Of a stretch of DNA of 64,000 nucleotides, positions 1-10,284 are shown in pieces. Location: sequence record MH992122.1; one strand, 5' to 3'. Origin of the DNA: Escherichia phage OLB35. A program made the position numbers and the translations under genes. The first letter of the stretch is position 1, and every line of letters starts with the position of its first letter. The notes under the pieces are model-generated. The model had not been told where the DNA came from and searched no databases. It saw nothing but the letters and a program-made list of their open reading frames with translations.

Positions 1-1531
1 GCTTCTTTAATTATTTCACCATTACGTTGAGCTGCAAGCATGTAACCTTTATGTTCTTTACGTTGATTAAAGACCTTAGTGATTTCAGTTGGAACTACAC
101 CATCACGGTCTTTATAATACATCATGCCGTTAGGAGAGCAACTGTACACATCTGAAGGACGTTCAGCGATTGCGTTAATATAATCATGCAATGGAGCTAC
201 TTTAAACGTTCCTGCTATTGTTTCTGGGCTAATATTCACTTGGCGAATAATACTTGGATACAGAGATGTAAGGTCGAAACTCATTACATATTTGTATCGA
301 TTTGGAATAGGTTCCTTAACAAAAGCGCCAGGATAAGGTTGAACCTGGTGAGAACGACCTTGTGGAATCACCTTGTTCTGCTCTTTAAGGCTATTAAAAA
401 TAATAACATCCCATGTTTTAATTGGGCTAAACACAGATTGAATCTGTATCTTAGCATAATAACCCATGTCCAAACTCAAGTTTATGAACTGGCGTTTAGC
501 ATCAATTTGCAATACACGATACACGTCGATAATGTTATAAGAAATATATCGTTGGTGATTACTTTCACGAAGTTTAGAAATAGGACCGTCATATTTCAGT
601 TTACCGACATTCAATTCAAATTCTGAAATGTAATCCAGAGAATACGACGGTTGGTTTGTGAAAGAGAATTTTTTGTAAAGGTCGATATAATCAAGAACAG
701 AGATACCGAACAATGTAATGATTTCACGAGAACCGTACATGTTTTCAATAACTTTAACACGAGTCTTGCGATACTGCAAAAACCTAGATCATTGTCGGGT
801 GGTGATAAACGTTTCGCAGTAGATTCGCCAAAAATATTCTTGATTCGGTTATACACATATGGAATATCAAATGACTCAACGTTCCATCCAGTCAAAATGA
901 CAGGAGTTTTCTGTTGCCAGAAGTTGAGATATTCCATCAACAATTCTTTTTCGTTATCAAACGGCATATAAATGATTTTATCAATAATTTCGGATGGAAC
1001 TTCATCACCACCTTGTTCTTGAAGCTTAGCAGCGATTTCAATAGACCATTCTTCTACATTACCATATGGAGAATTCAATAGATCAAATACGTAGAACCTG
1101 TCGTCAATTGAGTCATAATGGGTGATAGCATCAATCGGATGTTTTGCTTGTGACGGCTCAGGGAACCCATCCGGAGATGTTACTTCGATGTCGAAGTTAG
1201 CCACACGAATTTTTGTATGGTCGTATTTGATTTCATAGTTATAAGTGTCAGACAAATACGCCAATTTGAAATCGTCCATACCTAATGCTTCAAGACCAAT
1301 ATCTTCCATGCGTTTAATCCATTGGGAGGCATCACGCATATTAGCGAACAACTTACGAGTACACGGCTTACCGTAGATATCGAAATATTTAGTAGCCTGA
1401 CTTTCTGGACAATGAGCAAACAATGATGGTTTATATTCTACTTCACGAGTACGTTCACGGCCATTAGAATCGATGTAACGTTCAAAAATTGAATCACCAA
1501 TCTGTTCAACCGTTAAGTAAAATTCTTTCAT
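1..1531 (-). CDS. 43: DNA polymerase gp43 (B-family), N-terminal ~500 codons; frame interrupted near 775-800; gene runs off the window start
   Basis: From ATG at 1531: MKEFYLTVEQIGDSIFERY...FDIEVTS...GESTAKRLSP, RB69/T4 gp43-like exonuclease domain. Below ~782 the polymerase continues in a different frame (RKTRVKVIENMYGSR...SLYPSIIRQVNISPE...) to position 1. Confidence 0.9.
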
Positions 1532-1591
1532 TTAATTTCCTTTAGACGAGTTATTGTCTTTTGTTTGTTGATGAACTTATTATACTCCAAA

Positions 1592-1607
1592 TGGGACCGA
1601 AGTCCCA
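1592..1607 (-). other. GC-rich palindrome/hairpin (GGGAC-UUCG-GUCCC) between regA and gene 43
   Basis: Perfect 5-bp stem with 4-nt loop, immediately beside a TATAAT-like -10 on the minus strand; could be a terminator or operator. Confidence 0.4.
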
Positions 1608-1612
1608 TTGCT

Positions 1613-1990
1613 TTAATTACCAATTGTGTATTTTGCTTTCAAAGTCCAGTCATCTTTCTGTTTAAAAGAGATAACACGGAAGTTATTAGTCAGGCCAAAC
1701 AGATCTTCACGAGCAGAGTCTTCAATAACAATCAATCCCCAGTCTTCAAGCAGCTGAGCAATCGAATCACGTCGCTGATAGTCTTCACCATCAATATCAA
1801 CCTGACGTCCGTCCATACGCAGCATTTCTTTAAAGTGGACGATGTAATATTTACCTTGCTTTTGGAGGATATGACAGGACTGATAAAGGACTTTATCTTT
1901 GTTATTAGCGATGCCCATACGGGTTAGAGTCTCTTTGACTTTCAGAAAATCTTCAGGGTTCTTCAATTTAATTTCAATCATTTTTACCAT
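1613..1990 (-). CDS. regA: RegA translational repressor
   Basis: [41 protein letters not shown]... closely matches T4 RegA; T4 order 43-regA-62. Confidence 0.9.
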   Translation of the reverse strand: MVKMIEIKLKNPEDFLKVKETLTRMGIANNKDKVLYQSCHILQKQGKYYIVHFKEMLRMDGRQVDIDGEDYQRRDSIAQLLEDWGLIVIEDSAREDLFGLTNNFRVISFKQKDDWTLKAKYTIGN

Positions 1991-2547
1991 TCCAATGCTA
2001 ATTTTTTAAATTGTTTTTGTTCTTTTACGTTTTTAGTAACTTCTTTGAGAAATTCATCAGTGACCATGGCCTTCAGTTCTTTAAGGACTATTGGCAACTT
2101 GTTATTTTTTTCAAGGAGCCGCTTATACTCGGTAGCATCATTCATGTTGATTGTGTAATGTTTCATCAACAGTTTGATAACTAGTAACTCTGAAGTGTCT
2201 TCGACTAGTTTAGCCCATTTAGAGAATCGACGACCACGTGGAATTGCCGCCATCATATAGTTGAAGTGCGCTTCATCACTTAATTCAGAACCGACTAAGT
2301 TCATCATGTAAACGGCTGGCATACATTCTGGAAACTGTGATAATGAGTTCTCAACCATAAATTTTGAGTAGTCGACCTGAGCAATTGACATAGATTTCTT
2401 TTCATTAATAGCATTAATGATTTTAAAGAATTCATTCTCAGGTTTTTCTTTAAACATATCAGCACATTTTTGAATCGCATCAGCGTCATTAGACTTCCAT
2501 GCAATTTGGTGCTCGTTAAGCTGGACGTCATCATCGAATAAGTTCAT
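1984..2547 (-). CDS. 62: Clamp loader small subunit gp62
   Basis: 187-aa ORF between regA and 44, overlapping stop/start; synteny and size. Confidence 0.8.
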   Translation of the reverse strand: MNLFDDDVQLNEHQIAWKSNDADAIQKCADMFKEKPENEFFKIINAINEKKSMSIAQVDYSKFMVENSLSQFPECMPAVYMMNLVGSELSDEAHFNYMMAAIPRGRRFSKWAKLVEDTSELLVIKLLMKHYTINMNDATEYKRLLEKNNKLPIVLKELKAMVTDEFLKEVTKNVKEQKQFKKLALEW

Positions 2548-2548
2548 A

Positions 2549-3511
2549 TTATTTCCAAGTCAGTTCGCAGGTCAGTTGAAGAAGCATATACATAACATGT
2601 AATTCAATATTACTTGCTAGTCCATGAAACTTATTATTTTCGCCTGCAATTTCGTAAAGCGAAATAATACTTTTACCAGGTGCAACTTGATCATAACATT
2701 CTGAAACTAATTTATCGATGAACCATGAATAATCTGCAGCATATTTTGGAGCTAATGCACGAAGTTGTTTGATATCTTTGTTCTTCATTGCTTCGATAAC
2801 ATCGGAGACTGTGCCACGGTCATTAGTTACGATAGACAGAATACCTGCATCAAGAACACCTTTAGACGAGTACTGGTCTAATTGGCCAATTGTACGACGA
2901 AAGTCTGGGAAGTTCTTTTTAACCAGAGCTGCAACAACTTTCATATCAGCGATTTCGATATTTTCGTTCTTACAGATTTCAACCATACGATGAATCATTT
3001 TCTTCATCATCGAGATTTTATCTTCTTCAGTCGGACGACCGAATTCGATAACTCGACAACGACTACGTAATGGTTCAATAATTCCATCAATATTGTTAGC
3101 AGTGATAATAATAGAGCAGTTACTAGAGAATTCTTCCATAAACGTACGAAGGTGACGTTGTGATTCGGCAAGGCCACTACGGTCAAATTCGTCAATAACA
3201 ATAACTTTAGGCTTGCCTTCCATTGAGACTGAACGAGCGAATGCAGTTAACGGACCACGCACAAAATCAATCTTACAATCAGAACCGTTGACGAACATCA
3301 TTTCGGCATTGATATCATTACATAATGCTTTTGCTACGGTTGTTTTACCTGTACCAGGAGAAGGAGAGTGCAAAATAATATGAGGAAGTTTTCCTTTAGA
3401 TACTAAAGACTTGAATATTTCATGGTCATACGCAGGCAGAATACATTCGTCAATGGAAGAAGGACGATATTTCTGTTCTAGAATGTGTTCTTTGGAATTG
3501 ATAGTAATCAT
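2549..3511 (-). CDS. 44: Clamp loader AAA+ ATPase gp44
   Basis: 320 aa; Walker [11 protein letters not shown], Walker B VIVIDEFD; position between 62 and 45. Confidence 0.9.
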   Translation of the reverse strand: MITINSKEHILEQKYRPSSIDECILPAYDHEIFKSLVSKGKLPHIILHSPSPGTGKTTVAKALCNDINAEMMFVNGSDCKIDFVRGPLTAFARSVSMEGKPKVIVIDEFDRSGLAESQRHLRTFMEEFSSNCSIIITANNIDGIIEPLRSRCRVIEFGRPTEEDKISMMKKMIHRMVEICKNENIEIADMKVVAALVKKNFPDFRRTIGQLDQYSSKGVLDAGILSIVTNDRGTVSDVIEAMKNKDIKQLRALAPKYAADYSWFIDKLVSECYDQVAPGKSIISLYEIAGENNKFHGLASNIELHVMYMLLQLTCELTWK

Positions 3512-3586
3512 GTAATTTTCCTCATTATCATTAATCTGGAGGATTTCTCCTCCATAATCGTACTACATTAAACGTAAAGCTTTGAC

Positions 3587-4273
3587 TTAGAAGTCGTGAG
3601 TAGAATCGGCTTCCATTGCAATAACATAACTTACTTGAGAGCTTTCAAACTTGGCTGCAACTTTATCACCAGCTCCCCACAACATTACTTTATAGTTACC
3701 TGGCTGGATTTTCATATTAGCCATGTTGATTACGAAGTTAAAGTTGTTAGAACCATCATAATCGGTAAGAGTCAAAGAATACTTAGGACGAGTCAAGCCA
3801 GAATCTTCAACTTTATTGTAACCATTGATAACAATTTTACCATCTTTATTTGTAATAGCAATTGTATCAATCTGGAGACCACGTGAAACTCGAAGCAATT
3901 GTTGAAGGTCTTCAGCTTTAATTTCAGTAATCACAGAAGCCACCGGGAATTGAATTGGCTTATTAGGAAAAACAATGGTGCTCTTGTCGGCGGCAGGCCA
4001 ATAAACTGTGGAACGCGTATCGGCAATTTTAATATTGCCGTCAGTGTGCATTGAAATTTCAGCATCGTCAGACACTAGACTCAAAATGCTTAAGAAGCTA
4101 TTCAAATCATAAAGTGCTACGTCAAAATCAATTTCATCAGAGATATTTGCTTCCGCATAAGTAGTGCCATTAACTGCACGCGTCATAATAAATTTACCTT
4201 GACTCAGCAGAATACCGGAGTTAATAGAGGCAAAGTTTTTCAGAATAGCGATAGTATCTTTAGACAGTTTCAT
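3587..4273 (-). CDS. 45: Sliding clamp gp45
   Basis: MKLSKDTIAILKNFASINSGILL... matches T4 gp45; the track ORF starts 5 codons upstream at 4288. Confidence 0.9.
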   Translation of the reverse strand: MKLSKDTIAILKNFASINSGILLSQGKFIMTRAVNGTTYAEANISDEIDFDVALYDLNSFLSILSLVSDDAEISMHTDGNIKIADTRSTVYWPAADKSTIVFPNKPIQFPVASVITEIKAEDLQQLLRVSRGLQIDTIAITNKDGKIVINGYNKVEDSGLTRPKYSLTLTDYDGSNNFNFVINMANMKIQPGNYKVMLWGAGDKVAAKFESSQVSYVIAMEADSTHDF

Positions 4274-4315
4274 TTTATTTCCTTTCAAGACAATTCAAAG
4301 TTTATAACAAATTTA

Positions 4316-4732
4316 TTATGCAGCGACCATCTGCTTTTTAATAGCTTCAGGTAGTGATTCAATATATTCTGGAATTTTAGAAGCAACAATTTCGCCAGCT
4401 GCAATTAATTGTTCGTCGGCATCAACACAGTAGAAATCTTCCAGACGCTCAGAACCATCTTTATCAAGAACGATTTTTCCACCAGCTTCAATAGAATCTT
4501 TATAGTGCTTACGCATCAGATGAATCCACATATCAGATACATCGTTATCAATAAAACCATAAATCATAAAACGAGTTTCTTGTGGCAAAGATTGAAGCTT
4601 TTTAGCACTTGCGTCATCACAATGCAGGACCCATGCTTTACGAACACGATTATGGTTATGCGGGTTAGCGTCAGTACGGATAGAAGTAACTTTCAGATCA
4701 GCAGCGGTAAAACCTTTAGCAGTAGTAAACAT
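4316..4732 (-). CDS. rpbA: RNA polymerase-binding protein RpbA (by synteny)
   Basis: 138-aa ORF directly downstream of 45, as in T4; sequence not independently recognised. Confidence 0.55.
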   Translation of the reverse strand: MFTTAKGFTAADLKVTSIRTDANPHNHNRVRKAWVLHCDDASAKKLQSLPQETRFMIYGFIDNDVSDMWIHLMRKHYKDSIEAGGKIVLDKDGSERLEDFYCVDADEQLIAAGEIVASKIPEYIESLPEAIKKQMVAA

Positions 4733-4744
4733 ATTATTTCTCTC

Positions 4745-4945
4745 TTATTCGTAGAAGTCAGTAACTGTCCATGCGGAATTGCGATTAGACATTATTTTAT
4801 TATACTCATCTTTAAAAGCAGATTTGAGCATTTGTTCAGTAACAATATGTTCTTCACCTGAAAACGTATTGGTCAAAACATATTTTTTAATTTCAGGGAC
4901 AACAAGAAGATGTTGTCCGGTTGAATACTCCATGTTGTTCTCCAT
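4745..4945 (-). CDS. 45.2: Small conserved early protein (45.2-like)
   Basis: 66-aa ORF between rpbA and 46 by synteny. Confidence 0.5.
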   Translation of the reverse strand: MENNMEYSTGQHLLVVPEIKKYVLTNTFSGEEHIVTEQMLKSAFKDEYNKIMSNRNSAWTVTDFYE

Positions 4946-4987
4946 TTAATTTGATGTGGTCATTATAACCACATCGTGTTAAAGCGT

Positions 4988-6676
4988 TTATGAAACAGTC
5001 ATTACAGTAAATCGTCCAACTTTACTCATCTGAAGATGTTGTCCATAACGTTGAGGGTCATGGTCTCGATGAGAGATAATGAACACGTTAGTATTTTGTA
5101 AACTTCCAAGAATGGTATCTATAGCCTTAACAGCTTCAGAATCTACAGCGCCGTCAAAAACCTCATCAAGAATCAACGTGTTGATTTTAACACCAGAAAC
5201 CTTTTCAGCAATATCTCGCCATGTAAACAACAATGCGATATCGATACGTGCCTTTTCACCTTGACTAAATGAAGCATAACTAAAATCTTCACGACCACGT
5301 GATTTTATAGATTCATTGAATTCTTCATCAATAGAAAACACGTAATCAGCTTCCATGATTTTAAGGTAATGGTTAATCTGCTTGTTGAACAGAGGCACAT
5401 ATTTTTTAATGATAGCACCTTTAATACCAGAATCTTTTAACATATCTGTGATAATACCACGATGGTATTTTTCAAGAACGATATCCGATTTTGTTTTAAT
5501 GATTTTATCAAGTTCTTTTTGAAGCAAAGCTATCTCATCGGCATGGTCGATAAATTCTGCCGAGGCTTGCTCTATTGCAGCTTTAACTTTCTTAGCTTTA
5601 TCAATAGTGGCAATCATTGCTTGTTTCTTGGTACGAATATCAGATGCAAGGTCCTGTTTAGTCTTAACATTAGCTCTATATTCGTCCACTAGGACACTCA
5701 GATTATCTCTGTGACAGGTAAGTTGCTCGAATGAGTGATTACATTCATGAAGCTTATCGGTAATCTTAGAGACAATAGGATCACCCTGGTGCAACTGTGA
5801 TGCACAAGTAGGACATGTACCGCCATCGTGATACATCTTAATAACTTTGTTATACGAGTCAATTTTAGATTTAATCAAGAATGCTTCTTGTCCGATCTTG
5901 TTGAATGCCTCAGTAGGGTCTTCGTCAAGAACGATATTAAGTAGTCGCTCATTAGCTTCTTCGATTTCTGCTTTTAATGAACGAGCTTCTTTGGCTAGGT
6001 CGTCATACATATTCTGTAGACGCGCTACATTATCGCCAGATAATTTCTTTTGACGTTCGATATTCTCGTTATAAATCTTAATTTGTTGGATAATACCATC
6101 TTTCTTGGCATCGAGAACTTGTCCCTGGGAATTAAGTTCTCGAACTTGAGACTTATTGATTTTATCCATTTCAGCGAGTGTTCCAACTTCTAATAAGTCT
6201 TCAACAAGCTTTCTGCGAGCAGGGGTGTTAAGAGCCATGAAAGGGGTATACCCTGCCGTCCCAAGCACAACGATCTGTTTAAAAGACGCGTATGACATTC
6301 CGATGCTACGTTCAAATTCTTCTTGGAAGTCACGACTGCTGGCAGATTCATCAAGACGAACACCGTCAACGGAGATTTCGAAAATATTGGGCTTTTGGCC
6401 ACGTTTAATGAAGTATTTTTTATCATCAAATTCCATCCAAAGCTCAACTAAGAGCTCTTTCTTGTTCGTGCTATTAATGATTTGTCCTTTCTTAACATCA
6501 CGAAATGGTTTACCGAAAAGTCCGAAAGTAATGGCTTCTAACATCGTAGATTTACCACCGCCATTTTTACCAGTGATTAATGTCTTTTGGACTTTATCTA
6601 ATTGGATATCAATAGGATTCCCACCTACCGACATGATGTTTTGATAACGAACACGATTTAATTTAAATGATTTCAT
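4988..6676 (-). CDS. 46: Recombination endonuclease subunit gp46 (SbcC/Rad50-like ATPase)
   Basis: 562 aa; P-loop GKNGGGKST, long coiled-coil middle, C-terminal ABC-type motifs; precedes 47. Confidence 0.9.
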   Translation of the reverse strand: MKSFKLNRVRYQNIMSVGGNPIDIQLDKVQKTLITGKNGGGKSTMLEAITFGLFGKPFRDVKKGQIINSTNKKELLVELWMEFDDKKYFIKRGQKPNIFEISVDGVRLDESASSRDFQEEFERSIGMSYASFKQIVVLGTAGYTPFMALNTPARRKLVEDLLEVGTLAEMDKINKSQVRELNSQGQVLDAKKDGIIQQIKIYNENIERQKKLSGDNVARLQNMYDDLAKEARSLKAEIEEANERLLNIVLDEDPTEAFNKIGQEAFLIKSKIDSYNKVIKMYHDGGTCPTCASQLHQGDPIVSKITDKLHECNHSFEQLTCHRDNLSVLVDEYRANVKTKQDLASDIRTKKQAMIATIDKAKKVKAAIEQASAEFIDHADEIALLQKELDKIIKTKSDIVLEKYHRGIITDMLKDSGIKGAIIKKYVPLFNKQINHYLKIMEADYVFSIDEEFNESIKSRGREDFSYASFSQGEKARIDIALLFTWRDIAEKVSGVKINTLILDEVFDGAVDSEAVKAIDTILGSLQNTNVFIISHRDHDPQRYGQHLQMSKVGRFTVMTVS

Positions 6677-6927
6677 ATGTATTCTCTTCGAATGAAGTCC
6701 TCTACATATTTTAACATGTCATCCCTATCAGCAAAATATTCATCTAGTTCTGCATACATAACAACACCTGGTGCGTACTCACAGGTAACATACATTGTTC
6801 CAAAGAAACGAGGAGTTGATTCCTCGTAATTCTCAGTCCATTCAACTATACCAATATAACCGTCACCAATACTAAATTCATGACGATGGATTTCATAATC
6901 AGTCTTCGTCATTATACGCATCCTCAA
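6673..6927 (-). CDS. Hypothetical protein (46.1-like)
   Basis: 84-aa ORF overlapping the gp46 start by 4 nt; synteny with T4 46.1. Confidence 0.5.
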   Translation of the reverse strand: MRMRIMTKTDYEIHRHEFSIGDGYIGIVEWTENYEESTPRFFGTMYVTCEYAPGVVMYAELDEYFADRDDMLKYVEDFIRREYI

Positions 6928-7156
6928 TACACGCTTCAGCCATTTTAAGAATAGAGCCAGGAGTATCGTTGTCCATTATATTAAAGCTAAATTCAATAGC
7001 CCAGTCGGTACAGACATGAACGGCTTTAACTTCATTGCCTTCAACGCGTAATGGCTCAATCCAATACTTGATAGTGTTCTCGAATCCATCATCATCTTTA
7101 ACGTCTATTTCAACTTCAAGCCCAAGCCCAGCATTGTTAAATTCATCTAAAGTCAT
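6899..7156 (-). CDS. Hypothetical acidic protein (46.2-like)
   Basis: 85-aa ORF between 46.1 and 47. Confidence 0.45.
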   Translation of the reverse strand: MTLDEFNNAGLGLEVEIDVKDDDGFENTIKYWIEPLRVEGNEVKAVHVCTDWAIEFSFNIMDNDTPGSILKMAEACIEDAYNDED

Positions 7157-8172
7157 TGTGTTGCCTCAATATAAAGTTCGTTGGAATATTTGACCAGCGC
7201 TTCTCTGTCTTCGTCTGAGATATCCGGAATCGCGTCAATATATTCTTTAATGATATCTTGAAGTGATTTAATCTCGATTTCCTGGTCGTCATCAGATTCA
7301 ACACTGTTATCAACTTTAGAAACCATACGAAGAGAGTGAACTACTTTTTCAAGTTCAGATTCAAACTTAGTCAACTCTGAATCAATTTCTGATACTATAA
7401 CACGTACGGCTAGATTAGTATAATCAGAATAATTAATTTTGCCTTTAAACGGATAAGTGATTCGTCGATGCCATGTCGTTTCATTGGGAATAAATTCCAT
7501 ACGTTCAACAACAGTGTCAAATACCCAGAATCCTCGCGGATCGTTCTCATCACCTGCAGTAAGGGTCCATGGTGTCCCAATATATTTGACGTTAGCAGCT
7601 TCAGAGATTGTGTGGAAGTGGCCAGACCAGACTTGTTTATAGGTCTTTAAGAAATCAGGTTCAAGCCCATGAGACTTCATTCCTTTATAGAAATAAAAGC
7701 CGTTCAGTTCCCAGTGCCCAACACAGTACGCTGCGGAAGAAGTCTTGATGTGCTCTAAGATTTCACCTGTATTTTCTTCACACATCCACGGAACGATATC
7801 GATCAGACATCCGTCAAAATCTACAGTAGTTGGATGTTCGTAAATAGTAAAGTTTTCAAATTGAGTTAACAATTCAGAAACAGTGTTAGGTGTTATTGTA
7901 TTCTTAAACGCCATGTCATGGTTTCCTATCGTGACATGAACGTGAATGCCTGCCTTAGAAATCATATCAACTATTTCACGATTGAATTCCATCGTACGAT
8001 GTGTAATTGCTTTACGGACGTCAAACCAATCACCGTACTGAATCCAAGTTTTAATACCGTGTTTCTTAGAGTATTCAATTGCTTGACGAATACCATCACG
8101 TTGAATATCTTGAACCCATGGGTCGTCCTGTTTAACGCCGATATGGAAGTCACCTAAATGTAAAATTTTCAT
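7153..8172 (-). CDS. 47: Recombination nuclease subunit gp47 (Mre11/SbcD-like)
   Basis: MKILHLGDFHIG...GNHD phosphoesterase motifs, T4 gp47-like; the track ORF (to 8250) carries 26 extra N-terminal codons. Confidence 0.9.
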   Translation of the reverse strand: MKILHLGDFHIGVKQDDPWVQDIQRDGIRQAIEYSKKHGIKTWIQYGDWFDVRKAITHRTMEFNREIVDMISKAGIHVHVTIGNHDMAFKNTITPNTVSELLTQFENFTIYEHPTTVDFDGCLIDIVPWMCEENTGEILEHIKTSSAAYCVGHWELNGFYFYKGMKSHGLEPDFLKTYKQVWSGHFHTISEAANVKYIGTPWTLTAGDENDPRGFWVFDTVVERMEFIPNETTWHRRITYPFKGKINYSDYTNLAVRVIVSEIDSELTKFESELEKVVHSLRMVSKVDNSVESDDDQEIEIKSLQDIIKEYIDAIPDISDEDREALVKYSNELYIEATQ

Positions 8173-8218
8173 AAGTCTAACGCCGTTATCGCGATGCAAA
8201 TTAAAACCACAGAAATAA

Positions 8219-8244
8219 ATAAAAAAGGAAGCACTAGGCTTCCT
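8219..8244 (-). terminator. Rho-independent terminator
   Basis: Minus-strand GGAAGC-CUAGU-GCUUCC hairpin followed by a U6 tract, just upstream of the gene 47 start. Confidence 0.6.
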
Positions 8245-8416
8245 TTCCAATTAATACACCGTACAGAGGCTCATTTGAACTTTTAAATCGAATTGGCTTG
8301 TACGTAATAGTTCCTTCGGCTTTAGCTTTATCATAAGACTCTTTAAAACGTCTCATTCTTTCTGCTTTGCCTTTACGGATTTTATCGAAATTTTCAGAAG
8401 TCGGGATGTTCGTCAT
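8234..8416 (-). CDS. Hypothetical small basic protein
   Basis: 60-aa ORF (MTNIPTSENFDKIRKGK...) in the slot where T4 has a-gt; the terminator hairpin overlaps its stop. Confidence 0.4.
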   Translation of the reverse strand: MTNIPTSENFDKIRKGKAERMRRFKESYDKAKAEGTITYKPIRFKSSNEPLYGVLIGKEA

Positions 8417-8455
8417 GCATAAGCACCTCTCAGAAAAAGCCACCTGTCCACGTTA

Positions 8456-8662
8456 TCATCGTTTCCACCATTTCTTAACTTGAAATGAATCAACCCACAC
8501 GAGTTGTTTTGGGTCTGCCTTTACAATAGGCGGACAAATTTCTGTAATAGAACCGTCGTGATATTCCTTTTCAGAAATTTTAACACAAAGAGGACCTCCC
8601 AATTTAAGGGTGAACCCTGCGTTCAAATTCAGACGTTTAAACTTTGTTTGAAGTAGTGCCAT
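8456..8662 (-). CDS. Hypothetical protein
   Basis: Minus-strand ORF of ~68 aa in the 47-55 interval. Confidence 0.4.
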   Translation of the reverse strand: MALLQTKFKRLNLNAGFTLKLGGPLCVKISEKEYHDGSITEICPPIVKADPKQLVWVDSFQVKKWWKR

Positions 8663-8960
8663 TAATGATGTCCTCAATAGCCTGACGAGTAGTAACCCAT
8701 TGGATTTTAATTAACTTTTCATTATATGGTTGTCGTAGAATATCCCGAGATTTCTTAATAGCATATTCGTAAGCTTCGAAGTTGTTTTGAATTGCTGCTT
8801 CTTGAGCATGAGCATAAAGACGGTTTAGTTCAAAACGATTCTTTTTAAGAATCTTTTCGGATTTTTTACGTGCTTCAGCTTCATTTTTCTTTTGGATTTC
8901 TTGTAGCATTTTAGCTACTGCATCTTCTGCTTCTTTATTTTCAATAATCTCGGTAGTCAT
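8637..8960 (-). CDS. Hypothetical protein
   Basis: 107-aa charged/helical ORF in the 47-55 interval. Confidence 0.45.
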   Translation of the reverse strand: MTTEIIENKEAEDAVAKMLQEIQKKNEAEARKKSEKILKKNRFELNRLYAHAQEAAIQNNFEAYEYAIKKSRDILRQPYNEKLIKIQWVTTRQAIEDIINGTTSNKV

Positions 8961-8961
8961 A

Positions 8962-9177
8962 TTATCTCATTAAATTAAAATAAAAACGTCCGTCCTCTTC
9001 AATACAGAACTCGTACTCAACTGGAGTCCCATTTATCGAAAATGACACGTCATGTGGGTTCAAAGGGTCGATGTCAAAATTAATTTTAAATTCTCGACCC
9101 AACAGTTTTACCAAATAAGGGATTGCTTCGTCAAAAGGTTCTTCTAAGTAGTTAGAGATATCAATTGTCATCCTCAT
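8962..9177 (-). CDS. Hypothetical protein
   Basis: ORF starting at an internal Met ([15 protein letters not shown]...) and overlapping the gp55 stop. Confidence 0.4.
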   Translation of the reverse strand: MRMTIDISNYLEEPFDEAIPYLVKLLGREFKINFDIDPLNPHDVSFSINGTPVEYEFCIEEDGRFYFNLMR

Positions 9178-9718
9178 ATAAAAAATCCAAACTAGGCGAA
9201 TCGCTAACAACTTCCTTCTTTTCAGCCCCAGGAGCTTTATAAGCGGATTCTTCATAATGCGTCATTTTATCGTAGATGTCTTGAATAAACGTTTCATCTA
9301 CCAACGCTACCATATCATCGTCATGACTGTCGTAGACATTATGAACGAAGTAACTATATTTCTTTGCAACTTCCTTACGTTCTTTTTTGATACGTTGGAC
9401 AAAAGCATTAAAACAAGCTCGAGTTATGTATGCATGTGGGTTATTGTACTTAGTTTCGTCGAAATTATGAAGTCCCTTAATAGAGGCTTCAATCCCATCT
9501 GCAATCATCTCCTGCTTCCAAGACTGGGTATATCCTGAAAAGTTGAAACGTTTGGACAGGCCTTCGGCGATAAGCATAATTGCTAAACCGATGGTATCAT
9601 TCTGACGAATAATTTTGTTTGGGTCTTTATTATTTAAGAGCTCCTTTTTCCACTCGATTATAGCGGCGAGAAGCTCTTTATTATTCACATAGTTATTTTT
9701 AGGTTTTTGTTCAGTCAT
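9161..9718 (-). CDS. 55: Late-promoter sigma factor gp55
   Basis: ...[31 protein letters not shown]...[39 protein letters not shown] matches T4 gp55. Confidence 0.9.
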   Translation of the reverse strand: MTEQKPKNNYVNNKELLAAIIEWKKELLNNKDPNKIIRQNDTIGLAIMLIAEGLSKRFNFSGYTQSWKQEMIADGIEASIKGLHNFDETKYNNPHAYITRACFNAFVQRIKKERKEVAKKYSYFVHNVYDSHDDDMVALVDETFIQDIYDKMTHYEESAYKAPGAEKKEVVSDSPSLDFLYEDDN

Positions 9719-9790
9719 AAGTACCTCTTGGCTCAATTCATAGGTCTATTATATCATAATATTTAGAGACCTATCTTAAAGCACGAGATA

Positions 9791-10060
9791 CTATCGGAGC
9801 AAACAATACGCCTGGAATACTTTTTCCATTAAACGTTTGAACTCATGGATATCGATATAAAGCTCAGTAAGACCGGCATTATAAAGAAAATCTAAAAAGT
9901 TCTCATGTGTTTCGTTATAGTCGCCTTCGTTTAATTGAGATACATGAGTTTCCCAAAAACCAACACCTTTAACGAATGGAAAATACGTGACTTTCATGTA
10001 TTCGTCAACATAAAATTCGCCCAGCTTTTCTTCAGTTATACTGATTCGAGTTAATTTCAT
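9791..10060 (-). CDS. Hypothetical protein
   Basis: 89-aa minus-strand ORF in the densely packed early block. Confidence 0.45.
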   Translation of the reverse strand: MKLTRISITEEKLGEFYVDEYMKVTYFPFVKGVGFWETHVSQLNEGDYNETHENFLDFLYNAGLTELYIDIHEFKRLMEKVFQAYCLLR

Positions 10061-10284
10061 TCTAGTTCCTTTGCTGCTTCAAGAGCAGCATCCAGCGAAT
10101 CAAATTGGTCAACGAAATCAATATTCAACGCATCGTCAACCGTAGCATATAACCACCATTGTTTGAATTCGTATTCTAGAATAAATCCAGGACCTTCAAT
10201 CTGAGGAAGACCTAGGCTATTTGTACCAACTTCGTAACCAGCTAGACGCAGGTCATTAATCAAAGTTTCTGTTAATACGCTCAT
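10057..10284 (-). CDS. Hypothetical acidic protein
   Basis: 75-aa ORF with 4-nt overlap to its neighbour. Confidence 0.45.
   Translation of the reverse strand: MSVLTETLINDLRLAGYEVGTNSLGLPQIEGPGFILEYEFKQWWLYATVDDALNIDFVDQFDSLDAALEAAKELE

Noticed and set aside
611-800. C-terminal ~63 aa of the track ORF 611-1531
   Set aside because: Out-of-frame read-through past the gene 43 frameshift; the polymerase sequence continues in the other frame.
186-971. Plus-strand ORFs 186-626 and 651-971
   Set aside because: Antisense to gene 43, whose translation is unambiguous; low-complexity sequence typical of antisense frames in AT-rich DNA.
2304-2534. Minus-strand ORF nested in gene 62
   Set aside because: Alternative frame within a recognised gene; no independent support.
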